Source: Candidatus Babelota bacterium (lineage in GTDB: Bacteria > Babelota > Babeliae > Babelales > Vermiphilaceae). From it: a stretch of DNA of 64,000 bases. Under the pieces are notes generated by a model that worked only from the letters and a program-made list of their open reading frames with translations, ran no database searches and was not told where the DNA came from. The stretch lies in NCBI GenBank assembly GCA_049325595.1, contig JBMOLF010000001.1:102857-166856 (forward strand), in the 5' to 3' direction. This document shows, piece after piece, positions 38,183 to 47,442 of this stretch (position 1 is its first letter; each line of letters begins with the position of its first letter). Both the position numbers and the translations under genes were made by a program.

Positions 38183-39727
38183 ATGAAACACGGCATAAAA
38201 ACAACGCTCATGCTGGTGCTCGCACAAGTAGTAATGAACAGCAACTGGCTCCAAGCAGAAACTTTGACCACGTTATCAAAAAATGACCCTTTGCCAATGT
38301 ACACTACATTGGACCCGGAAACATTTTTATACACACGAACCAAATTGTGGATGAAGGGAATGCCTCATCCACTTGGTTGTTATGAACGATTTGGTATTTC
38401 ATTATCTCCTTTTGGACAATTTGCCGATCGTGGCCGTGATAAATGCGGCAATGATGTAGAACTTGGCGACATTAACGGCCGCTGGTTTATGATTGGATTG
38501 CTCATGGGTTCATTACCACAAGGCGCTTCATTGCCTCCTTTTCTTGCCAATGCATTTGCCAATTTATTTCCCAACAATGAGCCAGGTACAGTCAATAGCG
38601 AAACGTTAGTAGACCCTGCGCGGGGCTACGGCTATTTTGCTATCCCCATGAAATATCGTAAGTATGGTTTTCGTTGGCAATTTGATTTTTATATAGGGGG
38701 AGGCTTTGGCTTAACATTTCAAGGTGGTGTAGCAGACATTTGTCACAAAACATGTAACCATTGCATTCAACAAATTTTAGATTGTCCTCCCTGCGCAAGC
38801 GCTAATATTTGTACAGCAGCAAATCCTGTGTCACAACCGACTTGCCAAAACCAACCTAAAGTATGCCCACGTTATATTAACTTAACCTGTAATGCATTAC
38901 CTAATAGCACCCCTCAATCATGTTCAACTAACAATAATTGCGTTTTTAAATCACCACCTGACGCTTTTCCCAATGTTACGTGTGACAATGTAAATCGCTA
39001 CTTAATGTTTGAAGTTGATAACATTACTAAAGAAATTGGCTTATGTACTGAAAACTTCCATAAAGTATCACTTGAAGATTTGCGCTTGAATTTATGGTGG
39101 CGTCAAGCGTATGAAGTTAACCGAGATCGAGTAAGCTGGCCACATTTTCTTATAATACCATTCTTTTTTGCAGGCGGTTCAATAGCTACGGGTAAAGAAA
39201 AAAGACCTAACGAAGTATTTGGCTTGCCATTTGGTAACAACGGCCATCATTCAATTTATGGAACTGCTGGTATTAATCTTGATTTTATTGATACCATCGA
39301 AATTGGTGGCCAAGGTGGATTTGCCCACTTTTTCCGTCGTTCATTTTGTAATTACCCCGTGCCAACAAGCATGTTTCAAAGTGGCATTTATCCCTTTAAA
39401 ACTGATGTCAGCATTCAACCGGGTATGAACTGGTATTTCTCAGCAAAACTTGCTGCTTATCATTTTCTTGAGCGTTTGTCGTTTCATTTTCAATATATTT
39501 TTATGCATCATGAAGAAGATGATATTGATCTTTGCTCCTGCGATTCAGCATTTACCACCAAACCACTTGAAGATCGCTCTGACTTTAAAGTACAAGTTGC
39601 TAATGCTGCATTTAATTATGATATTTCGCCTAATTTAGGACTTGGCTTCTTATGGCAAATTCCATTAGCGCAACGTAATGCCTTTAAGAGCAGCACTATT
39701 ATGTTTACCTTCTATGCAACATTTTAA
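38183..39727 (+). CDS. Probable outer-membrane beta-barrel protein with Cys-rich insertion
   Basis: Signal peptide, amphipathic strands, terminal FTFYATF, Cys-dense central region. Confidence 0.55.
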   Translation: MKHGIKTTLMLVLAQVVMNSNWLQAETLTTLSKNDPLPMYTTLDPETFLYTRTKLWMKGMPHPLGCYERFGISLSPFGQFADRGRDKCGNDVELGDINGRWFMIGLLMGSLPQGASLPPFLANAFANLFPNNEPGTVNSETLVDPARGYGYFAIPMKYRKYGFRWQFDFYIGGGFGLTFQGGVADICHKTCNHCIQQILDCPPCASANICTAANPVSQPTCQNQPKVCPRYINLTCNALPNSTPQSCSTNNNCVFKSPPDAFPNVTCDNVNRYLMFEVDNITKEIGLCTENFHKVSLEDLRLNLWWRQAYEVNRDRVSWPHFLIIPFFFAGGSIATGKEKRPNEVFGLPFGNNGHHSIYGTAGINLDFIDTIEIGGQGGFAHFFRRSFCNYPVPTSMFQSGIYPFKTDVSIQPGMNWYFSAKLAAYHFLERLSFHFQYIFMHHEEDDIDLCSCDSAFTTKPLEDRSDFKVQVANAAFNYDISPNLGLGFLWQIPLAQRNAFKSSTIMFTFYATF

Positions 39728-39885
39728 ATTTTTAAAAGAATATTTATGCATTTGATTTTTTTATGAACAGGATACTTTGATAAAAAGACTATCCTAAATA
39801 TAGACACAATTGCATTATTTGAGTAATATTTTAGTATGTCCAAAAAAATTACCCGTTAAACACTTAGAAAGGTGGTCGCACTTTT

Positions 39886-40089
39886 ATGTCAAAGAAAGCT
39901 AACATCGCGGTTTATGTAACTTCTAATATTGACAAAGCATTACGTCAACTTAAGAAAAAAACTGAGCGTGAAGGTATCGTACGTGACATGAAACGTACCG
40001 TATATTTTGAATCGCCAACCCAAAAACGTCGTAAAAGACTTGTTCGCGCAATCAAACAAAATTTAATGCGCATGATGACCCAAAAGTAA
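39886..40089 (+). CDS. rpsU: 30S ribosomal protein bS21
   Basis: NIDKALRQLKKK..REGI.RDMKR..YFESPT.KRRK. Confidence 0.9.
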   Translation: MSKKANIAVYVTSNIDKALRQLKKKTEREGIVRDMKRTVYFESPTQKRRKRLVRAIKQNLMRMMTQK

Positions 40090-40092
40090 TTT

Positions 40093-40458
40093 ATGGACAG
40101 CCAACACACGCGCTCAATCAAAAAAGCAAAAAAAGAATCGCTTTTTTATCAAGAACTTTCAAAGCTCATTCATCAAATAATAATGGATGAGCCTGAACTT
40201 GCTTCTCTTACTTTTAATCGTGTACGTCTTTCTGAAGATAGTGGTATTTGCTTTATGTTGTTTTATACACCTGAGGGCAAAGCTCTATTTGATAAACTTT
40301 TGCCAAAGCTCATTTTATATAAGCCATCATTACGCAAATCACTTGCTCATGCTATCCGTTCTCGGTATACCCCTGATTTGGTATTTCAATACGATGAGCA
40401 ATTCGAAAAACAACAACGCATAGAAGAACTTCTTAATAAAATTGGAGAAAAACCATAG
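40093..40458 (+). CDS. rbfA: Ribosome-binding factor A
   Basis: RVRLSED, LRKSLA, RYTPDLVFQYD, RIEELL. Confidence 0.85.
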   Translation: MDSQHTRSIKKAKKESLFYQELSKLIHQIIMDEPELASLTFNRVRLSEDSGICFMLFYTPEGKALFDKLLPKLILYKPSLRKSLAHAIRSRYTPDLVFQYDEQFEKQQRIEELLNKIGEKP

Positions 40459-41213
40459 TTTCAGTTCTTTGGTTATTCCCCCTTTTTTTATGTTGGGGCT
40501 CATTTTTAAATGTCGTAGGCTATCGTATCATACGTGGCCTATCGGTTGTTGCTCCTCGATCTTATTGCCCTCATTGCCGCAAAACTATTTATTGGTACGA
40601 CAATATTCCCGTAATTTCATGGCTAAAGCTTAATGGGGTTTGTCGCCATTGCAAAAAACCAATTTCATTTCTGTACCCTTTTATTGAGCTTATTACTGCT
40701 TTGAGCTTAACAACCGTAGCTCTGCTTGTTCCTCATCATTATTTTTTGAGCTTTTTTATTTTTTTCTCAGCGCTAATAGTAACTACTCGCACTGATCTTG
40801 AAAAAATGCTTATCTCTCGTTTTATGACACTATTTTTAGTCCCCCTCGGCATAGGCTTTGCATCATTTGGTTTATTGCCCATTGATTTACTGGATAGTCT
40901 TATAGGTGCATTAGCAGGTTATGGTCTGTTGTGGCTAACTAAAACTATTTTTTATCGCTTTAAAGGCCAAGAAGGCTTAGGCCAAGGTGATTTAGATTTG
41001 CTCTGTTTTATTGGCAGCTTTACTGGGTTGTTTGGCATATGGTTTTCACTACTCATTGGCTCAGTGACTGGATCAATAGTAGGCATTGTCTATTTAATAA
41101 CGCATAAAAAAACACGAGAAGTTAAAATCCCCTTCGGGCCATTTTTAGCCTTGGGCGCCATGAGCTATGTATTGCTTAGCCCTTATTTATTACTACTTTT
41201 TAGCAGCTACTAA
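40455..41213 (+). CDS. pilD: Prepilin peptidase (A24A); true start upstream of the ORF-track call, probably ATA
   Basis: In-frame 5' extension encodes GSFLNVVGYR, RSYCPHC, WYDNIPVISW, CRHCKKPIS; downstream TD, GQGD, IPFGPFL. Confidence 0.88.
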   Translation: MVSVLWLFPLFLCWGSFLNVVGYRIIRGLSVVAPRSYCPHCRKTIYWYDNIPVISWLKLNGVCRHCKKPISFLYPFIELITALSLTTVALLVPHHYFLSFFIFFSALIVTTRTDLEKMLISRFMTLFLVPLGIGFASFGLLPIDLLDSLIGALAGYGLLWLTKTIFYRFKGQEGLGQGDLDLLCFIGSFTGLFGIWFSLLIGSVTGSIVGIVYLITHKKTREVKIPFGPFLALGAMSYVLLSPYLLLLFSSY

Positions 41214-41313
41214 AAAATATTCCTCATCTGCCAGGTCAACTTGCACAAACAATAAATATCTCTATAGTTTTTCTATTAAAAGAATTGATTACTACTTTAA
41301 TAGGAGAATATAG

Positions 41314-42288
41314 ATGAAAAACCTAGCTATTCTTTTACTTTTACTTTCAATCACTTCACTCAATGGAAATGAAAATATATCTGAAATACTAAATCAAAAT
41401 TATCCGATGCCGGAATTTCCTTTGGAAATCCAACAAAATATTGCCTCTTTTTTGATCACTTCAATTAAAGAAACGATTCCTTCACTCAATGCTTTATCTC
41501 AAGTGAATAAACAATGGAATGCTGCCATTAACGATGAAAGCTTTACTAAAAAAGTTGCGCAAGAATTAAATATATCTCCCTATTTGCTCAAACTTTACAA
41601 AAGCCAAAATAACACACAATTAAAACAAATGATTACGCAACTTAGTGCAGACAAGCATCAGTTATATAAAACATATCAAGATGCACGTTATATTAACTTT
41701 GAATTTAATAACAACAAAAATATGACCCTTCTGACATTTTTAAAATGCAAAATATGTCAATTATTTTACACTGATGACGAACAAGTTCATTGGGTTTACC
41801 CGGATAATTCTTATTTAACTCAGCGCATTAAAAGTTATTCTCTGATTTTATCTGTTAAATCAATACATAATAAATTGGATTATTCATTTGGTGGTGGTTG
41901 TTATGATGTGGAAAGCTCTAATAAGCTCAAAAAACGAGGTGGCAATATTGATGGCAGAGTCGAAATTTGCAATATAAGAAGATTTGGTGGTGAAGAACCA
42001 TGTGTAGCACTTCAAAGCAATAAAAAAATTGTTATAGGTTTAGCATCCAAAGAAAAAAAATTAATTTTAATCCGACTTGATAAGGATGGCAAACTTGATA
42101 CTAACTTTGCAGAAAGTGGCACTATCGACACTAAAATAAAATATTCAGAGGATGATTCTAATCTCTACTATACTGTAGGCCGTCCCGTACTCGAGGATAT
42201 AATAATCAATCCTCAAACTAATGACATTATTTTCAAAGCAAAAGGTATCGTAAAAAAATACACCGCTGATGGTAAAGAAATTCAGTGA
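41314..42288 (+). CDS. Secreted protein with F-box-like N-terminus and delta-60-like repeats
   Basis: FPLEIQQNIASFL...LSQVNKQW; LQSNKKIVIG, IRLDKDGKLDTNF, YTADG. Confidence 0.6.
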   Translation: MKNLAILLLLLSITSLNGNENISEILNQNYPMPEFPLEIQQNIASFLITSIKETIPSLNALSQVNKQWNAAINDESFTKKVAQELNISPYLLKLYKSQNNTQLKQMITQLSADKHQLYKTYQDARYINFEFNNNKNMTLLTFLKCKICQLFYTDDEQVHWVYPDNSYLTQRIKSYSLILSVKSIHNKLDYSFGGGCYDVESSNKLKKRGGNIDGRVEICNIRRFGGEEPCVALQSNKKIVIGLASKEKKLILIRLDKDGKLDTNFAESGTIDTKIKYSEDDSNLYYTVGRPVLEDIIINPQTNDIIFKAKGIVKKYTADGKEIQ

Positions 42289-42301
42289 GCTTTTTACTCA
42301 C

Positions 42302-42778
42302 TTAAGCAAGATCATCCCGCTCAATTTTGATTGTACCATGATGATCGATTGATAAAATATCAAGTTCACCATCGCCATCTATGTCAGCAGCTGCTAAAAC
42401 TAAAAAACTTTTATTATCAGCATGCGCTTTGCCCAAATGAGCAGCCGAAGCTTCGAGCTTGCCGGTAAAGTGATTAACACCCTCAGAGCCACCAAAGCCA
42501 TAGGTGTAATAAAAACGTTCTTGGCTGCCGCCACCGCAATAGCCTTCTGGGCACCAGCCAGCACTATCAGGACCTTGTAAACTAGTAGTATACGTGCCAT
42601 GTTCAGCCCAATATGCTTTTTGTGCGGCATATAATGCATGTAATTGCATGTATGCTTCGGCACGTTTAGCTTTTGCAAGATAGCGCGTAAAACTTGGCAT
42701 AGAAACCATGGCAAGAAATGCCATAATGGCAACAACGATCATTAATTCTATGAGGGAAAATCCAGATTTTTTATTCAT
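42302..42778 (-). CDS. Type IV pilin-like protein
   Basis: KSG/FSLIELMIVVAIMAFLA class III signal; KAKRAEA; DIDGDG. Confidence 0.9.
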   Translation of the reverse strand: MNKKSGFSLIELMIVVAIMAFLAMVSMPSFTRYLAKAKRAEAYMQLHALYAAQKAYWAEHGTYTTSLQGPDSAGWCPEGYCGGGSQERFYYTYGFGGSEGVNHFTGKLEASAAHLGKAHADNKSFLVLAAADIDGDGELDILSIDHHGTIKIERDDLA

Positions 42779-42915
42779 ATACGTATCCTTTTTCCAACTT
42801 TCATTTTAGATAATCATGACCGTTTTGCCAAGGTCAAGTATTTTAAAAATGGTCAAAAGACTATTGTTTTTAATACAAATGCATGAGTAAAATAAGAAAA
42901 AAGTTAGGAGACACA

Positions 42916-43230
42916 ATGATTTTTTTTACAGCAATTTTATTACTTTCATGCACGGCAATTAATTTATTTGGAATGGAAGAACAGCAAGAAAAGCAAATTG
43001 TTTTAAGCACCACCGAAGACTTATTACGCCATGCTACTCGTAAAAACCTAGGCGATCCAGCAGTACGTTTTATTATAGAAGAAAAATTAAGTTCTTATTT
43101 TGAAACAAATCAAATCGCGGCAAAAGAATCGCAATTGCACATCTACAATGCGGTAAGAAAAAAAATAGATCCAAATTTTGATGATAATATTGAAAAACAA
43201 CTTGATGAGTTAGAGAATTTGGAAAAATAA
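42916..43230 (+). CDS. Hypothetical secreted protein
   Basis: AGGAG RBS, signal peptide LFG-MEE. Confidence 0.55.
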   Translation: MIFFTAILLLSCTAINLFGMEEQQEKQIVLSTTEDLLRHATRKNLGDPAVRFIIEEKLSSYFETNQIAAKESQLHIYNAVRKKIDPNFDDNIEKQLDELENLEK

Positions 43231-43245
43231 TAAAATAGATTATTC

Positions 43246-44571
43246 TTAGAGTCTTAAATTATCACAATCATATTTTTGAAAAGAACTACCATTGCTATAA
43301 GCAATGCTATTAAAATGTGGCACAAATTCGGTTTTATCTTCTAATATGCTTATTCCCATTGCAACTCCACTTGTCGCTAAGCCTGCTGCAAACATTGCTT
43401 TAGCTTCTCTTGCTTCTCCCATGGCATATACGAGTGGTGAAAATAAAGTAAATAAAGCACTATAAAACATAAATTGTAATCTGAAAAATAATAGCGTATA
43501 GGAACATAATGAATTGTGATAAAAGCGTTTTCTTTGGACTAGTGCATGCAATAATGGTTTAAGTTTTTTGTTATACAAAATCTTTTCACCAGCTGGTTTA
43601 TCGACTATAAGTTGAAGATAGTAGGGTTTGCAACGACTGGCACTAAAATTGTTTTTTACCGACTCAATTGGATTATTAGATAAATCAAGTTTCAAATTAG
43701 ATGCTTGCTTTATGTTTTTTGCAATATCAATTTCTTTAATTTTGTTATTGTTTAATTTAATTTCTTCAAGATTAGGGAATATTTTAGAGATGGCATTAAG
43801 ATCAAATGATTTTATTTTATTATGCGATAAATCAATTGTCTTAATAGAATTACGAATATTTTCATTCAAATTTATTTTTAAGTATTCTAAATCCTCTAGG
43901 TTGCCAATCCAAGAAACTTGATTACCGGTTAAATTTAATTTTTGATTATACCCATTATATTGCATAATTAGAGCAAGAGAACCAATGTCATAATTCCGGC
44001 TTTTAAAATAACTTTCTATTCCCTTGGTTTTCTCATGCCGCTCAACAAAGTCTTTGATTTCTTCTGTTTCTTGAGAAACATTCTGCGGTATATTTTGAGT
44101 TAAATAGTACTCTGCTATAGCATATAAAAGATCATCACTCGCTCCCAAATAATCCGCTGCATTATAAGCATTTTTAATATCTTGATATGAAAGTTGATTT
44201 ATTAAATCAGACTTTTGGTCAAATAATGTTATATGTGTCAGTGATTTCTTAGTAAGATGAATATTTTTAGGCACACGAAATGTTTTGCCACCACAATCAT
44301 CTAAAAAGTCTTTAACGGTACTTAATTTATGAGCAAAATCATAATTAACTATATGGTCCTGCATATCTGAATCTACAATCTTGATCTTGCCTTCGCTCAA
44401 TCGAGAATCTATGAGAAATCTATTTTGCATTGCTATAATTTTTTTAGCCTGCAAATGTACGAGGGGCGTTGGTTGTGCGGTAACTATTTTTGTAAAGCCG
44501 ACTGGCCCATCAGCTGGGAATGTTAAGAAAAATGAACTGCTCACTAAGACAACTAAAATATATTTATTCAT
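43246..44571 (-). CDS. LRR protein with degenerate Skp1/BTB-like region and C-terminal TM segments
   Basis: AADYLG; IDLSHNKI, IKLNNNKI, LDLSNNPI repeats; signal peptide. Confidence 0.65.
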   Translation of the reverse strand: MNKYILVVLVSSSFFLTFPADGPVGFTKIVTAQPTPLVHLQAKKIIAMQNRFLIDSRLSEGKIKIVDSDMQDHIVNYDFAHKLSTVKDFLDDCGGKTFRVPKNIHLTKKSLTHITLFDQKSDLINQLSYQDIKNAYNAADYLGASDDLLYAIAEYYLTQNIPQNVSQETEEIKDFVERHEKTKGIESYFKSRNYDIGSLALIMQYNGYNQKLNLTGNQVSWIGNLEDLEYLKINLNENIRNSIKTIDLSHNKIKSFDLNAISKIFPNLEEIKLNNNKIKEIDIAKNIKQASNLKLDLSNNPIESVKNNFSASRCKPYYLQLIVDKPAGEKILYNKKLKPLLHALVQRKRFYHNSLCSYTLLFFRLQFMFYSALFTLFSPLVYAMGEAREAKAMFAAGLATSGVAMGISILEDKTEFVPHFNSIAYSNGSSFQKYDCDNLRL

Positions 44572-44994
44572 TATAACCTTAGTTTTAATAGAACTTTTTG
44601 CATCCAACACATTTTATCATGTTATCACAATCAATCAGTATTTCAATTTGAAAGTTTAAAATTTTAAAAAGCGCTATTTTAAAGACTTTTTCGTTACTAT
44701 ACAAAACTTAGTTTTTTAAGCTTAATTTTTCTTGCTGAATAAATTTTGAATGTCGCGATTACATCAAAAAATAGGTCATATTAGGCCTCTTTTAAAAAAT
44801 AGTTAAAGATCAACTTTAAATTTTATTTTTTGTAAATAAATGTTGGCCACTTAAGCAAAAATTTATTGTTTGACATTTTTAGGCAAGAATATAGACTAAT
44901 AGTACTATATGTAATAGTTATTATAATTCAAAACATGATACTTTTTATTACGAAAAAGTAATAAATTAATTAAAAAAAGCCTGCTGGAGAAACA

Positions 44995-46404
44995 ATGAAA
45001 AATCTTAATAAATCCGCAGCTACTGAAAATGTGGCCGTCGGCAAACAGAGAAGTTACAACGAAATTGTTGAATTTTTAGACAGCAACTGGCGCCCAACTA
45101 CCGACACCAATCTCATTGCAATTAAAAAATTAGACCAAGCTTTTGGTAATGTATCTCAAAAAATTAACGCTATTTTAGTAGCTGGCACCAATGGTAAAAG
45201 TTTAACCATTGATTTTGCTACGCAATTGCTTCGCGTTGAAGGATTAAATGTTGGTAGCTTTTACGCGCCGCACATGCTTACCTACAATGAACGTTTTGCA
45301 ATTAACAATGAATTAATTTCAAACAAATCATTTACCGACATTGCAAACGACGTTATTAACATGGTTGAAACATTAGGATTAACTCCTAATTCATTAGAAA
45401 TTTTAACTATGATGGCATTCTTGCATTTTACCGCAAATAATGTTGACGTTGCTTTGCTTGAAGTAAGCGAAGGTAGCAATGCAAATCCAGTAAGCATTTG
45501 TTATCCTAAAATCGCGGCAATAACTCGTGTTACTACCGACGAAGAAAATGCTTCAAAAGAAGTTATCGAAGAAATTTTAAGCATTGTTAAAGAACAAACT
45601 TACGTAGTATCTGCTGATCAAAGCAAATTAAACTTGCAGATTATGCACGACATCGTAAAAGAAAAAAATGGCACCTGGTCAATGCCAATACGTAAATTAG
45701 CGCCTCTTGCCTACCCATACGAACAATTACATGGTCGCTGTGCAGCATTGGCTGAACGTATTGCATCTACCTATGTTAATAGTTTCTCAAACAAAGACGC
45801 TATTGTAGTATCAGGCACCTTGTTAAGCAAACAAAAAGGTCAACGTGGCCGTCCAACTATCGAAGCTAAACGTCATCTTGAACTTAATCCAAAGAAAACT
45901 ATCGACCAATTCTGGAAAGAAACGCAACACACGTTGCCAAATCGTTTCCAATTATTGGATAAAGAAAAACCAAGCATTTTGCTTGATAATGCAAGCAACT
46001 TAGATGCATTTAAAAACTTATTGCTCGGTATTCGCTTATTGCATTACCAACGCCCATTAAAAGGCTTAACTTTGATTATTGGCTGCAATAATTCTGCACT
46101 TGATTTAACTGAGTTCTTAAAACTACTCCGTTACTTCTTCAAAAAAACTTCTGGTCAAGTTATTTTGTGCCCTGTTGAACATGTTCCTGGTCATACTGAC
46201 CTTGGTACTTGGGATGCTGAAAAAGCAACTAACGACATTAAGAGCATGAAGATCAAAGCAAAATCTGCTAAGAACTTCAAAGAAGCGTTTGAAGCAGCTC
46301 AAAAAATGGTTGATGAGCGTAATGGTTTAGTAGTTGTTACCGGATCATCTTCAATCATTTCTGAATACTGGCGCTACAGAGGCATTAAAAAGCTTGATAG
46401 ATAA
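44995..46404 (+). CDS. Divergent FolC/Mur-ligase-fold protein
   Basis: ILVAGTNGKS, APHM..YNERF.IN, EILTMMAF, DVALLEV, LPNRFQ, VVVTGS. Confidence 0.75.
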   Translation: MKNLNKSAATENVAVGKQRSYNEIVEFLDSNWRPTTDTNLIAIKKLDQAFGNVSQKINAILVAGTNGKSLTIDFATQLLRVEGLNVGSFYAPHMLTYNERFAINNELISNKSFTDIANDVINMVETLGLTPNSLEILTMMAFLHFTANNVDVALLEVSEGSNANPVSICYPKIAAITRVTTDEENASKEVIEEILSIVKEQTYVVSADQSKLNLQIMHDIVKEKNGTWSMPIRKLAPLAYPYEQLHGRCAALAERIASTYVNSFSNKDAIVVSGTLLSKQKGQRGRPTIEAKRHLELNPKKTIDQFWKETQHTLPNRFQLLDKEKPSILLDNASNLDAFKNLLLGIRLLHYQRPLKGLTLIIGCNNSALDLTEFLKLLRYFFKKTSGQVILCPVEHVPGHTDLGTWDAEKATNDIKSMKIKAKSAKNFKEAFEAAQKMVDERNGLVVVTGSSSIISEYWRYRGIKKLDR

Positions 46405-46709
46405 TGATTAATTATATTCTTTCAGCTTTTATAGGCCTATTATTAGGATTTATATACGGACTCTTCTTCTTGTTTCACATAAGAAGAGTCCTTCTTGTTA
46501 AGCACCCTTCTCCTTCACATCAAAATTTGAAAAAAGCTTCACTTATTTCTTTTACTTCCGCCCTTACCCGAATGATAATTTTAGCGGTAATTGCATGGCT
46601 TTTATTAAGAATACCTTCCATAAACTTTGTATTGGTGTTACTCTCATTTTTGGTAACCTTTTGGTTGGTAATACTTAATTATAAGGCCCTTTGGTATGCA
46701 CGGCGGTGA
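46404..46709 (+). CDS. atpI: ATP synthase protein I-like membrane protein
   Basis: Small hydrophobic ORF directly upstream of and overlapping atpB. Confidence 0.6.
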   Translation: MINYILSAFIGLLLGFIYGLFFLFHIRRVLLVKHPSPSHQNLKKASLISFTSALTRMIILAVIAWLLLRIPSINFVLVLLSFLVTFWLVILNYKALWYARR

Positions 46710-47442
46710 CTTACTCTCATCAAAACAAATACAACCTTTTGCAGCATTCAACATAACGCACCCGTTATTGGATGTTAATTACGAAATAGTTTTTTTTACC
46801 TGGCTTATTTTGCTGGCACTTTTAGTGTTTACCCTGCCCGTAAGATATATTTTACAAAATAAAAAAAGCGTTACGCGTTATCTAATACTTGAGTATGTGC
46901 GCTTTTTTGCCGATTTAGTAACGCAGACTATCGGACATTTTTCATTTAATCATTTTGCCTTTGTAACAGCACTCTTTACCTTTATTTTCTTATGTAATAC
47001 ATTCCCTATTGTTCCCTGGGTAGAAGAACCTACTAAAGATTTAAATACTGCATTAGCATTGGGACTTATTTCATTTTTCTACACACAAGTTTACGCCATT
47101 AAAGCAAATGGCTTTAAAGCTTATATTAAAGAATATTTTGCACCATTTTTTTTAATGTTTCCCTTGCACTTGATTAGTAAACTTTCTTCCATTATTTCTA
47201 TTTCATTCCGTTTATGGGGAAATATTTTTGGTGGTGCTACGGTTATGCATATTTTCTTAGAACTTATTAAAGGGCATTTGTTATTTGAAACGCTGGCTCT
47301 TATAAGCGGTCTTAACTTATTGCTTTTACTCTTTTTTGGCATTTTTGAAGGATTTTTACAGGCATTTGTATTTACCATGCTTACCGTAACTTATCTTTCA
47401 ATTGCTTTACAACCAGAAGAATCAGACAAGGAACATGCATGA
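46696..47442 (+). CDS. atpB: F0F1 ATP synthase subunit a
   Basis: PTKDLN, SISFRLWGNIFGG (essential Arg), LQAFVFTMLT. Confidence 0.95.
   Translation: MHGGDLLSSKQIQPFAAFNITHPLLDVNYEIVFFTWLILLALLVFTLPVRYILQNKKSVTRYLILEYVRFFADLVTQTIGHFSFNHFAFVTALFTFIFLCNTFPIVPWVEEPTKDLNTALALGLISFFYTQVYAIKANGFKAYIKEYFAPFFLMFPLHLISKLSSIISISFRLWGNIFGGATVMHIFLELIKGHLLFETLALISGLNLLLLLFFGIFEGFLQAFVFTMLTVTYLSIALQPEESDKEHA

Noticed and set aside
40442..40633. 63-aa ORF as a separate gene
   Set aside because: It overlaps out of frame the conserved pilD N-terminal domain.
44611..44994. Possible replication origin in a long AT-rich intergenic region
   Set aside because: No clustered TTATCCACA-type DnaA boxes seen; explained as a divergent promoter region.
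44995..46404. Assigning the symbol folC
   Set aside because: Several FolC catalytic motifs are altered; fold-level call only.
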